64,000 nt of DNA from Candidatus Sumerlaeia bacterium (GCA_033764015.1 JANRJK010000043.1:20402-84401), one strand, 5' to 3'. Counted from the first letter of the stretch, positions 45,516 through 55,700 are shown. Made by a program: numbers and translations. Notes: generated from the letters alone by a model not told the origin.

Positions 45516-47867
45516 ATGGCGACGAATCGCTTGCGCGCTCATGTGGCGCTCGGCACTGCGGTGGCGTTGATTGCGGGAGGCACGGCAATCGCCGGCAGCC
45601 CATGGGGCCCCCATATCCCGGCCCAGCCGGCAAACGCGTCCGAAATCAAGGCGCAAATGCGCGCCCTCGCCCCGGCGTTCCCCGCCGAGCGCGTCTCTTT
45701 CCACAACGGCAACGGCCGCGTGGACCTCCACCTCGCCCTCGACCAGCTTTGGGTCGGGGACAGCAATGCGCGCGGCGCCGTCAAGGGCTCCATCGCGACC
45801 TTCGAAACGAAGGACCGGCAAGCGCTCGAACTCGAGGCGGCTTCCCTCCGCGCCTCGCGCGCGAACGCGGCGGTCCGTCCGGTGCTCTACGCGAACGACC
45901 GGCTCGGCCGCAGCGACGAGCAGGCGCAGACCCTCACCGGGCGCCTCACCGTGCGCCTCGCCGAGGGCCAGTCCATCGAGGACCTCGCCTCCCGCTTCAA
46001 TCTCGAAGTGGACGAGGAAGGCTCCAAGAAGTCGCAGCGCGTCTCGGGCGACATCTGGGTGCTCCGCCCCGCGTCGAACGGCCTCCTCGACGCGCTGGAG
46101 ATCGCGAACGCGATCTCCGCCGACAAGGCGCTGGCCCGCTGGGCCGCGCCGGAGGTGGCGCGCCAGTACGAGAGCAAGGCCCGCACACTCCCCTCCCAGA
46201 ACTCCATGCCCGTTCCCCCCGCGGATCCCCTCTTTCCGTCGCAGTGGCATCTCTACAACTTCCGCCAAGTGCCCGACGCGGTCTCCCGCCAAGACCTGAA
46301 CATCCACCCTGTGTGGCGCTACGGGGTGCTCGGCGGCGGCAACGCGAACCAGCTTCCCGGATTCTACAGCGGTCGCCAGACCGAGGTCTTTTCGGGCGAG
46401 CGGGTGCTGGTTTCCGTGGTGGATGACGGATTCGAAGGCTCGCATCCCGACCTCGCCCGCAACGCGCGGCTCGATCTGGGCCTGGACTTGGTCGACGGAG
46501 ACTTCGACCCGGCCTCCGACAGCGCTTCCCCGGAACTGGTGGTCGGCGACCACGGAACCGCGGTCGCCGGTATCCTCGGCGCCCGGGGCAACAACGGCGA
46601 CGGGGTCACGGGAGTCGCCCCGTATGTCGCCCTCGCGGGCATCCGCCTTCTGGGTGGCTTCATGACGGAGGAAATGATTTCGGAGGCGTGGCTCTACCTG
46701 CGCTTCGACGGGGACAACAGCCCCTACAATAACGGCAACATCATCTCGGTGAGCAACAACTCGTGGGGGCCGACGGACACCGGCACCTCGTTCGATCCGC
46801 TCAGCGAACTCCTTGAGACCGCCCTCATCATCGGTGCGTGGGACCCCGACGTTTCGCCCGACACGATCGGACGCGGCGCCAAGTACGTCTTCTCCGCCGG
46901 CAACGGCGCCTGCGAAGGCGACTGGGTGAACCGCGACGGCACCGCCTCTTCCCGCTACGTGATCGCGGTCGCAGCCTCCGGCGCGAACAGCCGGCAGAGC
47001 TACTACAGCGAGATGGGCTCGTCGATCCTGGTGAACGCGCCGAGCAGCTACGGCACGTGCTCGAACGGCCAGACCGCCGGGATCACCACCACGGATCTTA
47101 CCGGCGCGCGAGGCTACGACCCGGGCGATTACACCTCGACGTTCAGCGGCACCTCCGCCGCGGCGCCGATGGTCTCCGGCGTCATCGCGCTCATGATGGA
47201 CGCCAACCCCAAGCTCACCACGCGCGACGTGCAGCACATCCTCGTGCGCAGCACGTTCCACAACGATCCGCGCGGCGGGGGCTGGTTCCGCAACAAGGCC
47301 GGATTCTGGTACAACCTCAAGTACGGCTTCGGACGCATCGACGCCACCAAGGCGGTCAGCCTCGCGTACCGCTGGCCCGGCGTTCCGTACGTCGTGAACG
47401 CCGAGGTGGGCCTCCAGGCCTCCCTCGAGGACGATGACGACGGCTCCGGTTTCGCCATCCCCGACAACGACGCCAACGGGCTCGTCATCCCGTTCGTGCC
47501 GGAGGATCCGTTCTCCGCGCCTTACAACATGTTCGTCGAGCACGTGGAACTGCGCATCGTCGCGAACCACGAGTACCGCGGCGACCTCAACGTGCTGATC
47601 ACGTCTCCGCAGGGGACCACGGTTCCCGTGCTGTTGGCGAACCCCGCGGACTTCGGCGAGGACATCGACTTCGAGTTCACGACGGTCGCCTTTTGGGGCG
47701 AGCGCGCGCAGGGCACTTGGCGCGTGCGTGTCGCGGACACGGTGCCAATCAACGCAGGGCTCCTCGACAACTGCGAAATCACGCTCCACGGGTACCTGTT
47801 CGGCTCCGCGACGCCTCCGACCCCCGAGACGCCGCGCCCGACACCGACGCCCCGCGTCGGGCCCTGA
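45516..47867 (+). CDS. Secreted S8 kexin/furin-like serine protease with P-domain and Pro/Thr tail
   Basis: Signal peptide; catalytic triad in VVDDG, HGTAVAG and GTSAAAP; oxyanion SAGNG; LTTRDVQHIL, YGFGRIDA; P-domain VEHVEL..H.YRGDL...SPQGT..WGE...GTW. Confidence 0.93.
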   Translation: MATNRLRAHVALGTAVALIAGGTAIAGSPWGPHIPAQPANASEIKAQMRALAPAFPAERVSFHNGNGRVDLHLALDQLWVGDSNARGAVKGSIATFETKDRQALELEAASLRASRANAAVRPVLYANDRLGRSDEQAQTLTGRLTVRLAEGQSIEDLASRFNLEVDEEGSKKSQRVSGDIWVLRPASNGLLDALEIANAISADKALARWAAPEVARQYESKARTLPSQNSMPVPPADPLFPSQWHLYNFRQVPDAVSRQDLNIHPVWRYGVLGGGNANQLPGFYSGRQTEVFSGERVLVSVVDDGFEGSHPDLARNARLDLGLDLVDGDFDPASDSASPELVVGDHGTAVAGILGARGNNGDGVTGVAPYVALAGIRLLGGFMTEEMISEAWLYLRFDGDNSPYNNGNIISVSNNSWGPTDTGTSFDPLSELLETALIIGAWDPDVSPDTIGRGAKYVFSAGNGACEGDWVNRDGTASSRYVIAVAASGANSRQSYYSEMGSSILVNAPSSYGTCSNGQTAGITTTDLTGARGYDPGDYTSTFSGTSAAAPMVSGVIALMMDANPKLTTRDVQHILVRSTFHNDPRGGGWFRNKAGFWYNLKYGFGRIDATKAVSLAYRWPGVPYVVNAEVGLQASLEDDDDGSGFAIPDNDANGLVIPFVPEDPFSAPYNMFVEHVELRIVANHEYRGDLNVLITSPQGTTVPVLLANPADFGEDIDFEFTTVAFWGERAQGTWRVRVADTVPINAGLLDNCEITLHGYLFGSATPPTPETPRPTPTPRVGP

Positions 47868-47903
47868 TTCCCGCGCTTCATCCTAGTACCATCCTCCTTG
47901 CTG

Positions 47904-47940
47904 CGAAGACGGCGCCGATTCCCCCGGCGCCGTCTTCGTT
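47904..47940. terminator. Intrinsic terminator-like hairpin between convergent genes
   Basis: Perfect 14-bp stem CGAAGACGGCGCCG-ATTCCCC-CGGCGCCGTCTTCG followed by TTCT. Confidence 0.75.
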
Positions 47941-49248
47941 CTAGGAGGGTTGTTGGTCCGCCGTCTCGGCCAGCACCGCATCGCGCGCGGCGACCAGGGT
48001 CGCCGCGTAGACGGCGGCCAGCAGCAGCGTCCAGCTCCCGTAGCGCGTCATCGCGTCGGTGAACGGCTCCATCGCGTCGAAGAGCGTCGAGGAGGCGAGC
48101 AGCGCCGCGCCTGCGACGCCGAGCGCCGCGGATACCGCTCCCCGCGCCCCTCCCGCCGCGGCCCGGGCCCACCACGCTGCGACGAACAGCAGTGGCGTGA
48201 ACACGGTGAGCAGGTGCGCCTTACGCACCTCCGGCGAGGCCAGCAGGAAGAGGAGGAACCAAAGCGCGAGCACGCCAAGCGCGGCGGGCGTCAGGCCCGC
48301 CGGCCCGCGCCGCCCCAGCCGCCACGTCAGCCACAGCGCGGGAAAGGCGACGGCGAGCACCAGCGCGTCGGACAGCAGCGAGGCCGGACCTTTCGGCAGC
48401 TCGATGATCGCGATCGGGGCGGTGATGCTCTGGTCCTGGTGGGACACCGGATGCAGGTATCGGAACAGCGTGGTCCGCAGCGAATAGCCCACGACCACAT
48501 CCTCCACGCCGCGCATCTCGCCGTAGGCGTCGCGCGCCTTGTCGCGGAACGCGGCGAGCAGTTCCCCGTGCCTCGCCGGACCGAGGATCGCCGTGGGCAC
48601 CACGAGCAGCCAGAGGACGGCGCCGAGGAGCACCCCCAGCGCCGCGCGCCCGTTCCGCTGCAACCCGAACGCCGCCAGGAACGCGAACGGCAGGTACTTG
48701 ATCGAGCCCGCCAGCGCGACGAGGACTCCGCCAGCCACGGGGCGCCGCGCCGCGAGCCAGACGCCCAGCACGCTCAGCGCGTACACGCTGGTGTTCCACT
48801 GCCCCATCTTGAGGTTCTGCCAAAGGAACCGCGCCGCGAGCGCCAGCGCGAACATCCACACCCACCACGGCGGCCGCCACCGCGCCAGGAAATCCGCGTG
48901 CACCAGCATGGCGAGGAGCAGGAGGGCGAGGTTCAGCGCGAACCAGGCGCCCTGGGCGGCTGGGCGCGGCACAAGCGTGAACGGCCCCAGCAGCGTCGCG
49001 TTCAGCGGGAAGTACTTGTAGTTCTTCCCGACCTCCCCCTTGTCGTAGGGGTTGCCGCCCTCGTAGAGCACCTGCGCCGCGGCCAGGCTGAACTTCGCGA
49101 AGTCGCCACGCACGCGCTCGCGGCGGGCGTCGGAGAATCCGGTGGCCAGCCCCGCGATCAGCACCGCGAGAAGGGCCCACGCCGCGATCGGCAGCGGGCC
49201 CAGCCTGCGCCGGAGTAGCGCGAGCGCGGGAGATTCGCCCGCGTTCAT
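47941..49248 (-). CDS. Glycosyltransferase family 87 (DUF2029-like, GT-C)
   Basis: GDF..F..AA....EGGNPY, YKYFP, NLKMGQWN and SIKYLP motifs; multiple TM helices. Confidence 0.85.
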   Translation of the reverse strand: MNAGESPALALLRRRLGPLPIAAWALLAVLIAGLATGFSDARRERVRGDFAKFSLAAAQVLYEGGNPYDKGEVGKNYKYFPLNATLLGPFTLVPRPAAQGAWFALNLALLLLAMLVHADFLARWRPPWWVWMFALALAARFLWQNLKMGQWNTSVYALSVLGVWLAARRPVAGGVLVALAGSIKYLPFAFLAAFGLQRNGRAALGVLLGAVLWLLVVPTAILGPARHGELLAAFRDKARDAYGEMRGVEDVVVGYSLRTTLFRYLHPVSHQDQSITAPIAIIELPKGPASLLSDALVLAVAFPALWLTWRLGRRGPAGLTPAALGVLALWFLLFLLASPEVRKAHLLTVFTPLLFVAAWWARAAAGGARGAVSAALGVAGAALLASSTLFDAMEPFTDAMTRYGSWTLLLAAVYAATLVAARDAVLAETADQQPS

Positions 49249-49282
49249 GCGACCCAGCGGTCCGGCCCCGCCGGCGCGGCGC

Positions 49283-52000
49283 TTAGAATGGCCCGCCGTC
49301 CATCGGGTCCTCGCCCGTCAGCAGCTCGCGGACCTTCTCCTCGTCGATGTACGGCGGGATCGTGACCTTGCCGTCGCCGTCCGCATCGACGAAGTAGGGG
49401 GCGCTCAACGCGAAGGTGCGCTGCCCCTGGCTCACGCCCGGTTCGACCGTGGGCACCTGGTGCGGGTTCACCGGGTCCATGCGCGTGCCCGGGTCCCCTT
49501 CGACCAGCACTTCGACCACGCAATCGCCCGGGATGAAGATGGTGAAGCTCTCTTCGTCCTCCGTGCCGGGCCTCGGATAAAGGAGCCCGCCGGTCTTCGT
49601 GATGCTCTGCGGCAGGAACACCTGGCGCGAGAACTGGCCGTTCACGAGGATGGTGATGCTCGAGATCGTCGTCCAGTCCGCGCCGTACACGCGCATGCTG
49701 CTCTCCACGCGGTTCGAGCCGGGCTCCAGCGTCACCGTCGATCCCGGTTCGGCGTCGCCGATCCGGAAGTCGACGAAGGGGCCGTTCGTGATCTGGACCT
49801 TGCCGGCGCGGAAGTTCGCGGCCAGCTCGGCGAAATCAAGGGCCTTCGGGTCGCGCGTGCTCGACTTGATGTAGATGCGGGGGTAGCCCGGCTCCGAGTT
49901 CCAGGTGCCGGCCGAACCGGAGCTGCCGAAGGGCGTGAAGCGGAAGCCCTTCGAGTAAAGCTCCTGCCGCGCGGCGGCGCCGAGCGAGTAGCCGGTCTGG
50001 CGCTTTCCTTCGACCACCTCGAACCCGTCCACCGGCAGTTCGAACGCGTCGCGCGGCACCATGGCGTAGTCCTGGACGCCGCCGAGCGCGTCGAGCACGC
50101 CGACCTCGGGGAACACGGGGCGCTTGGCGAGGAGGAGCGCGTCGCCGGCGGCTTCCCGGAGCGAGCGCATCAGCGCGGCGGGGGAGTCCTCGTTCGCCGC
50201 GCCGGCGAGGAGCTCCAGTTGCGCGGGCGTCATCAGTTCAAGGGGTCCGACCAGCAGGTCGCCGGTCGCGGGGAGTGTCTCGCCCGGAAGGCGGAAGCCC
50301 GCGCTGGGGCGCACATAGTCGCCGAGCCCGAGGCTGGCGACCGCCTGCCGCAGGTCCGTGGCTACCTTCGTGTCGGCGGTCATGATCCAGTGCAGTCCCT
50401 CGGCCGCGGCGGTCACCACGCGGTCCTCGGGAGTGGTGCGGACGTTGGGGGTGTTGCTGGTGCGAACCGCGAGGTCCGCGGAGATCCACCCCTCCGGGGT
50501 GAAGGCGCGCCCGAGTTCGAGCCGAACGCGCGCCGTCTCCGGCGGCGTGAATGAGACGCGCTCCTCGGCGGTGTTGTACTCCGGGCCGTGGGAAGCGACC
50601 AGGCGGAAGTTGCCCAGAGGCACTTCGATCGCCCCGCGCCCAGTCGCCGTGTAGACCGTAGCGTCGGAGGCGAGTTCACCCGTGCGGCCCAGGATCGCGG
50701 GCGTCGTGCCGCGCAGCGGCACGAGCGACAGCTTCGCGGGAATCGGCTTCTGCGTCTCCTTGTCCACGACTTCATAGATGAGCGTCGCGGCGCCCGATAC
50801 TCCGTGGTCCACGCCCGCCACCTTGCCGGGATCGACAGTGATGCCGAGGCGCGCCGGGCTGAAGAGCCGGCGCCCGTCGAGCACGTCGACGGAGTACTCG
50901 CCCGCCGGGAGGTTCACCCGGTAGCGCCCCGAGCTGTCGGTGCGGCCGCTCAGGTAGAACCGGGCCACGTAGGTGGACGGGAGGTCCGCGCGCTTCACCG
51001 TGCGGATCATGATGTCGGTGTGCCGCGCCACGTCGCGTTCGACGACGGTGCCGTCCTCCAGGGGGGTGCGCTCGATCGCGCGCCCCGAGATGGTGCCCCA
51101 GGTCGTGGCGGGCTTCGTCGCGATCAAGTCGTTCCAAGCATCCAGCGGCGAGTCGGTCGACGCGAGGATGTGCCGCGTCCAGGCGCGCTCCGCTCCCGGG
51201 TCGAGCACCGTCTCGCCGCCCGCCATCAGTCGGGAGGAGAGCCCGGCGTGCTTCGCCGCCGCGAGGCCCTGGTCGTTCGCGATCATCACGAAGGACTCGT
51301 GGTAGCGGCCGTAGAGGAATTCCACCGGTGCTTCGATCGTTTGCCCCGCCGCCCATCCGTGCGACGGGAGGAACGTGCCCATCCCGCCCCAGCCGATGAA
51401 GTCGCCGTAGCCCTCGATCCTGATCGGCGACGCGGTGCTGTTGCGCACTCGGGAGGTGGCCACCAGCCCGTGCCGGCCCGGCGAGAGCGTGTAGTCCGTC
51501 ACCACCTCCAGGCCCGGCGTCACCTGGCTCTCCATCGTGACCGTCACGGTGGCGGTGCCGGTTTCCTCGTCCACGGAGGATGTCATCGCGGTGGCGGCGA
51601 GCGTCAGGCTGTTGCTGTCGTTCACGGTGGGCGAGGTCAGCCAGAAGCCTTCGACGGATCGGGCATCGTCGAAAATGTCGAGCAGTGTGCCATTCCGGCG
51701 CGGGTTGGCTTCCTCGCCCTCCGCCGGCATCCTGCCGAAGACGAAGGACACCTCGCCGTTCTCGAGCACGGTGTCGCCGAAGGTCCCATGCGCCCAGAAG
51801 CCTTGCGGAAGCTCGCCCAGGTCCGCCAATGGGTAGACCCGGGCGGGGCGCGCCGATGCCTCGCCGCCAGGCGCCTCCGGCGCCGGCGCAGCACCCGCCT
51901 CCTGGACGGGGGGCGGGGCTCCGATCTGCCCCGGGAGGGGCGCCGATCCGGCGAGGAGCAGGGCGGTGGCGAGAAGTGCGGCGGTTCGGCGTGTCGGCAT
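49283..52000 (-). CDS. Secreted CehA/McbA-like (PHP-fold) protein with carboxypeptidase-regulatory-like domains; metal ligands lost
   Basis: ATG at 52000; signal peptide; GD.VLENG, PIPAKL, ASHGPEY, GWISADL, PGYPRIYI, ITNGPF and PYFVDADGDG scaffold motifs. Confidence 0.75.
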   Translation of the reverse strand: MPTRRTAALLATALLLAGSAPLPGQIGAPPPVQEAGAAPAPEAPGGEASARPARVYPLADLGELPQGFWAHGTFGDTVLENGEVSFVFGRMPAEGEEANPRRNGTLLDIFDDARSVEGFWLTSPTVNDSNSLTLAATAMTSSVDEETGTATVTVTMESQVTPGLEVVTDYTLSPGRHGLVATSRVRNSTASPIRIEGYGDFIGWGGMGTFLPSHGWAAGQTIEAPVEFLYGRYHESFVMIANDQGLAAAKHAGLSSRLMAGGETVLDPGAERAWTRHILASTDSPLDAWNDLIATKPATTWGTISGRAIERTPLEDGTVVERDVARHTDIMIRTVKRADLPSTYVARFYLSGRTDSSGRYRVNLPAGEYSVDVLDGRRLFSPARLGITVDPGKVAGVDHGVSGAATLIYEVVDKETQKPIPAKLSLVPLRGTTPAILGRTGELASDATVYTATGRGAIEVPLGNFRLVASHGPEYNTAEERVSFTPPETARVRLELGRAFTPEGWISADLAVRTSNTPNVRTTPEDRVVTAAAEGLHWIMTADTKVATDLRQAVASLGLGDYVRPSAGFRLPGETLPATGDLLVGPLELMTPAQLELLAGAANEDSPAALMRSLREAAGDALLLAKRPVFPEVGVLDALGGVQDYAMVPRDAFELPVDGFEVVEGKRQTGYSLGAAARQELYSKGFRFTPFGSSGSAGTWNSEPGYPRIYIKSSTRDPKALDFAELAANFRAGKVQITNGPFVDFRIGDAEPGSTVTLEPGSNRVESSMRVYGADWTTISSITILVNGQFSRQVFLPQSITKTGGLLYPRPGTEDEESFTIFIPGDCVVEVLVEGDPGTRMDPVNPHQVPTVEPGVSQGQRTFALSAPYFVDADGDGKVTIPPYIDEEKVRELLTGEDPMDGGPF

Positions 52001-52168
52001 CTGGCGTTCGCTTCGTTGGATGGAGTGTCGGGCGCGGGGCGTCCGCGGAGAAAGGACAAGCCCGCCGTCGTTTCGGATTGGACCGCGTCGGTGGGGCGCC
52101 GATTCTGGCCCGGGCCTCGCAACGCATGGGCCTGTTGTCCGGATGGCCCCGAAAGTGACGCAACGAGT

Positions 52169-52903
52169 TTGACGACCGCCTCCCCTCCGCAACCCGATCA
52201 GGCCCCCAGCCGCGACGCCCGGCGCATCCGTGCCATGTTCGCCGAGATCGCCCCGCGCTACGACCTGCTGAACCACCTCTTGTCGCTCAACATCGACCGG
52301 CTTTGGCGGCGGGAGACCGCCCGCAGGGTGCTGCGCGGCCTGCGCCCGCAGGCGATCCTCGACGTCGCCTGCGGCACCGGCGACCTCGCCGTGGAACTGT
52401 CTCGCCAAGCCCCCCGGGCGCGCGTCTACGGCGCGGACTTCACACGCCCCATGCTCGAGCTCGCCACCGGCAAGGACCGCCCGCGCCCCGCCGGACCGGT
52501 CCGCTACGTCGAAGCGGACGGGATGAGGCTGCCGTTTCCGGACGGGTCGTTCGACGTCCTCACGGTAGCCTTCGGCCTGCGGAACATGGAGGACTACGAC
52601 GCGGCATTGCGGGAGTTCCACCGCGTGCTGCGCCCCGGCGGACGCCTAGCGGTCCTCGAGTTCACCCAACCCGAGTCGGAACTCGTCCGGACTGTGTACC
52701 TGCCCTACTTCCTGAACATCCTTCCGCGCGTCGCGGGCATGCTCAGCCAGCGCAGCGCCTACACCTACCTGCCCAAGTCGGTCCTCAGCTTCCCGACGCG
52801 GCGCGAGCTCGCCGCCAAGATGGGCGCCGCGGGCTTCCAGCGTGTGCGGCACGGGCTCCTGCACATGCGTATCGCCGCGCTGCACCTCGGCGAGCGCGAC
52901 TGA
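52169..52903 (+). CDS. ubiE: Demethylmenaquinone/ubiquinone C-methyltransferase (UbiE/MenG)
   Basis: MFAEIAPRYDLLNHLLS..IDRLWRR, LDVACGTGDL, AFGLRN, RVLRPGG and AYTYLPKS motifs. Confidence 0.95.
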   Translation: MTTASPPQPDQAPSRDARRIRAMFAEIAPRYDLLNHLLSLNIDRLWRRETARRVLRGLRPQAILDVACGTGDLAVELSRQAPRARVYGADFTRPMLELATGKDRPRPAGPVRYVEADGMRLPFPDGSFDVLTVAFGLRNMEDYDAALREFHRVLRPGGRLAVLEFTQPESELVRTVYLPYFLNILPRVAGMLSQRSAYTYLPKSVLSFPTRRELAAKMGAAGFQRVRHGLLHMRIAALHLGERD

Positions 52904-52913
52904 CCGGCGCGAG

Positions 52914-52943
52914 TTATCCACAGGCTCGGATTCCGCGTTGACA
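52914..52943 (+). promoter_or_regulatory. Perfect DnaA box next to a consensus -35 element
   Basis: TTATCCACA at 52914-52922 and TTGACA at 52938-52943, in the intergenic region upstream of the zapB-like/zapA pair; no clear -10. Confidence 0.5.
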
Positions 52944-53080
52944 CTGTGGCGCGCCGGACCGCAAGCAGCGGACTGTCGCCGTCTCCATATCGAGGAGACC
53001 CACATTCCCAAGTGCCGGTCGGAGCTGTCCCTGCTCCCAGCGCTCCGCGCTCCGACGGCCCCCTGCGGAGGGACCGCCAC

Positions 53081-54010
53081 ATGTTGGAAGTCGTCCAAAT
53101 GCTCGAGGAGCGCCTCACGCGCCTCGTCACCGAGCTCGAAACGGGCCGCGTGAAGCTCGCCCAGTACGAAGCGGAGAACGATGGCCTCCGCATCACCGCC
53201 GCCGACCGGGACCGCCTCGAAGCGGAACTCCAGAAGGCCAGCGCCCGCGCCGCCGAGGCGGAGAACGACGCCACGATGCTGCGCAACGAGCGCGACTCCC
53301 TGCTCGCCCTCCGCCTGGAGCTCGAAGCCGCCGCCGCGGAACGCGACGCGCTCCGCGCGAAGATCGAAGGCCAGATGCAGTCGCACCACGGCGAACTCGA
53401 AGTCGTCCGCGCCGAGGCCGAAAACCTCCGCGGCTCGGTCGAGAAGATGAACGCCGAGCTCGAAGAGACGAAGAAGTTCTACGAGCAGCTTGGCGCCGAA
53501 TCGGACGCGCAATTGAAGGCCCTGAGAGCCGACTACGAAATGGTGCGCGGCGAGCGCGATGCCCTCTCCGACGAGGTCGCGCAGGTACGCTCGATGCTCG
53601 GCCACCTCGAGGCCGACCAGGCGGAACTCCACCGCCTGCGGACCGAGCGCGCCGACTTGGACCGCCGCGCGAAGCAGCTCGACCAGCTCACAAACGACCT
53701 CCGCTGGCGCCTCGGCGAAGTGGAGGCGGACCTCGGTCGCGCCCGCGACTTCGGCTCCGGCGCCGTCGCCGCAAAGGAGACCGCGGAGAAGCGCGCCCTG
53801 CAGCTCGAAGCGCAGCTCGCCGAATCCCGCCAGCTCGCCGCCGCCGCGGAAGCGCTCCGCAAGGAGAACGAGGAGCAGCGCCTCAAGCTCAACGAGTTCG
53901 TCGCCCGCGACCAGAAGGCCCGCGAGCGCCTCGACTCGATGATCGAACGCATCTCGCGCGCCGAGCAGCTCATCGAGCAGACGGAGCTCGCGATCCATGG
54001 AACCCCGTGA
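53081..54010 (+). CDS. Long coiled-coil protein, elongated ZapB-like
   Basis: ATG at 53081 with GGAGGG RBS; heptad-rich throughout; ends resemble ZapB termini; overlaps zapA. Confidence 0.65.
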   Translation: MLEVVQMLEERLTRLVTELETGRVKLAQYEAENDGLRITAADRDRLEAELQKASARAAEAENDATMLRNERDSLLALRLELEAAAAERDALRAKIEGQMQSHHGELEVVRAEAENLRGSVEKMNAELEETKKFYEQLGAESDAQLKALRADYEMVRGERDALSDEVAQVRSMLGHLEADQAELHRLRTERADLDRRAKQLDQLTNDLRWRLGEVEADLGRARDFGSGAVAAKETAEKRALQLEAQLAESRQLAAAAEALRKENEEQRLKLNEFVARDQKARERLDSMIERISRAEQLIEQTELAIHGTP

Positions 54011-54320
54011 CAAGCGCACGATCCGCCTCGGCGGACACGAGGTGACCGTTGTGGTCGGACCCGGCGAGGACCGGATCCTAGAACTCGCCCGCATGCGCGT
54101 GAACGAGCTCGTGGACGACCTGCAGGGCCGCTCCTCCGGACTGGTGCCCACGCAGAAGCTGGCGCTCATGGCGGCGTTCCAGTGCGCCTTCGACGCCGTG
54201 CAACTCGACATCCAGCTCGAAGCCTCGCGCCGCGCGGAGGCCGAACTGGCCGAAACGAAGGAGGCGCTCGCCCGCCTCGAGAAGCTACTCGGCAAGGTGG
54301 ACGACGCGCTGGCCTACTAA
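53997..54320 (+). CDS. zapA: Cell division protein ZapA family
   Basis: TIRLGGHEV......EDRILELA..VNE......KLALMAA followed by a coiled coil; 107 aa. Confidence 0.8.
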   Translation: MEPRDKRTIRLGGHEVTVVVGPGEDRILELARMRVNELVDDLQGRSSGLVPTQKLALMAAFQCAFDAVQLDIQLEASRRAEAELAETKEALARLEKLLGKVDDALAY

Positions 54321-54398
54321 CGCGCGCCGCAATCGTTGATCCGCGGGCCGGACACCGCAAGGTGCCCCGGCCCGATCCGTTTCCGGAGCCACACCGCC

Positions 54399-55700
54399 AT
54401 GCACCGTCCCGCCGCGGCGTTAGCCGCCCTCGCCATCGCCGCCGCCGGGTGCCTCCCCCCGCCGCCGACGACGACCTATGCCGCGCTCCGCGCCGATGAG
54501 GACTACGCCGCCGCGTCGGAACTGGCGTCCCAACGGCCCCTCGACTTGGAAACGCTCTGGCGGATGGCTGACCTCGCCAACCACGAGCTGGTCGCCGCGC
54601 GCTTCGAACGCGAGGCGGTCCGCGGCGACTGGCGCCAGGCGCGCCTCTGGCCGAACCCCTCCGCCTCCGCGATGCGGGACAAGGTACCGCTCGACAACTT
54701 GGACGGCGGCGACGGCGAAATCGTCGCCACGCTGGGCCAGCCAGTCCCGCTGGGGGGCCGCATCGGCGCCGCAACCCGCCTTGAACAGGCGCGCCACCAG
54801 CTCGCCGCGGCGCGCGCCGAGGCGGTCCGCCGCCGCGTTCTGCTCGCCGTGCACCAAGCTTACCTCGATCTCCTCCACGAGCAGAAGCGCCAGCCGCTTT
54901 TCGAATCGCTTCTGGAGCGCGCGGACGAACTCGCCGCGGCGGCGGGGGAGCGCGGCGCCCCGGAGGACGAAGTCGCGCGCATCTCCGTCGAGGTCGGGGA
55001 GTTCGAACTCGACATCACGCGCGCCGTCGCCTCGCAGGTCTTCGCGGGGATCAAGCTGGCGGAGTTGGTGGGGGAGCTGCCGATCGAGACCGGCGCGCTC
55101 GGCGGCGAACTCAGCGATGGCATCCGCGCGCGACCGGAGTTCCTAGCGGCCGAACGGCAGGTGGCGCTGCACCCGGAACTCGCCGCCGCCGCGCTCGAGC
55201 TCGATGCCGCCGAACGCGAAGTCGAACTCCGCCGCCAAGAGGCGGTGCCGGACGCCACGGTGTTCGCCTTGCTGCGGCGGGACGACACGATGGATGAGAC
55301 GACCGGAGGGGTCGGCGTCTCGGTCCCGATCCCGATCTTCGACCGGAACCAAGGGCGCATCGAAGCGGCGCGGACCCGCGCCGAGGCCGCCGCGCACCGG
55401 GTCTCCGGGGCGAAGACCCGCCTGCGCCGCGAACTCGAGCAGGCCGTGCTGCTCGAAACGGAACTGGATACGCTGGCATGGGATTACGGGTCGCGGCTGC
55501 TGCCGGAGGCGGCCGCGGCGCGCGCCTCTGCGTTCGACCGTTACCGCGCCGGAACGGGTACGCTGAACGACGCCTTGGACACCCTCCAGCGCGAACGCGA
55601 GGTGGCCGAGGCGGCGCTACGCTACCGCTACGAACTTAGCGTCCAGCAGGCGATCATCGATGCCTTCGCGGACCGCTACGGCCCGCCGCCGGAGCCTTAG
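54399..55700 (+). CDS. TolC/CzcC-family outer-membrane efflux lipoprotein
   Basis: ATG at 54399; lipobox AAGC; QARLWPNP, QPVPLGGR, HPEL, VSVPIPIFDRNQGRI and RYRAG motifs. Confidence 0.9.
   Translation: MHRPAAALAALAIAAAGCLPPPPTTTYAALRADEDYAAASELASQRPLDLETLWRMADLANHELVAARFEREAVRGDWRQARLWPNPSASAMRDKVPLDNLDGGDGEIVATLGQPVPLGGRIGAATRLEQARHQLAAARAEAVRRRVLLAVHQAYLDLLHEQKRQPLFESLLERADELAAAAGERGAPEDEVARISVEVGEFELDITRAVASQVFAGIKLAELVGELPIETGALGGELSDGIRARPEFLAAERQVALHPELAAAALELDAAEREVELRRQEAVPDATVFALLRRDDTMDETTGGVGVSVPIPIFDRNQGRIEAARTRAEAAAHRVSGAKTRLRRELEQAVLLETELDTLAWDYGSRLLPEAAAARASAFDRYRAGTGTLNDALDTLQREREVAEAALRYRYELSVQQAIIDAFADRYGPPPEP

Noticed and set aside
54321..54398. 6S RNA (ssrS), often found after zapA
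   Set aside because: Only ~78 nt before the TolC start, too short for a ~180-nt 6S RNA, and no matching structure seen.
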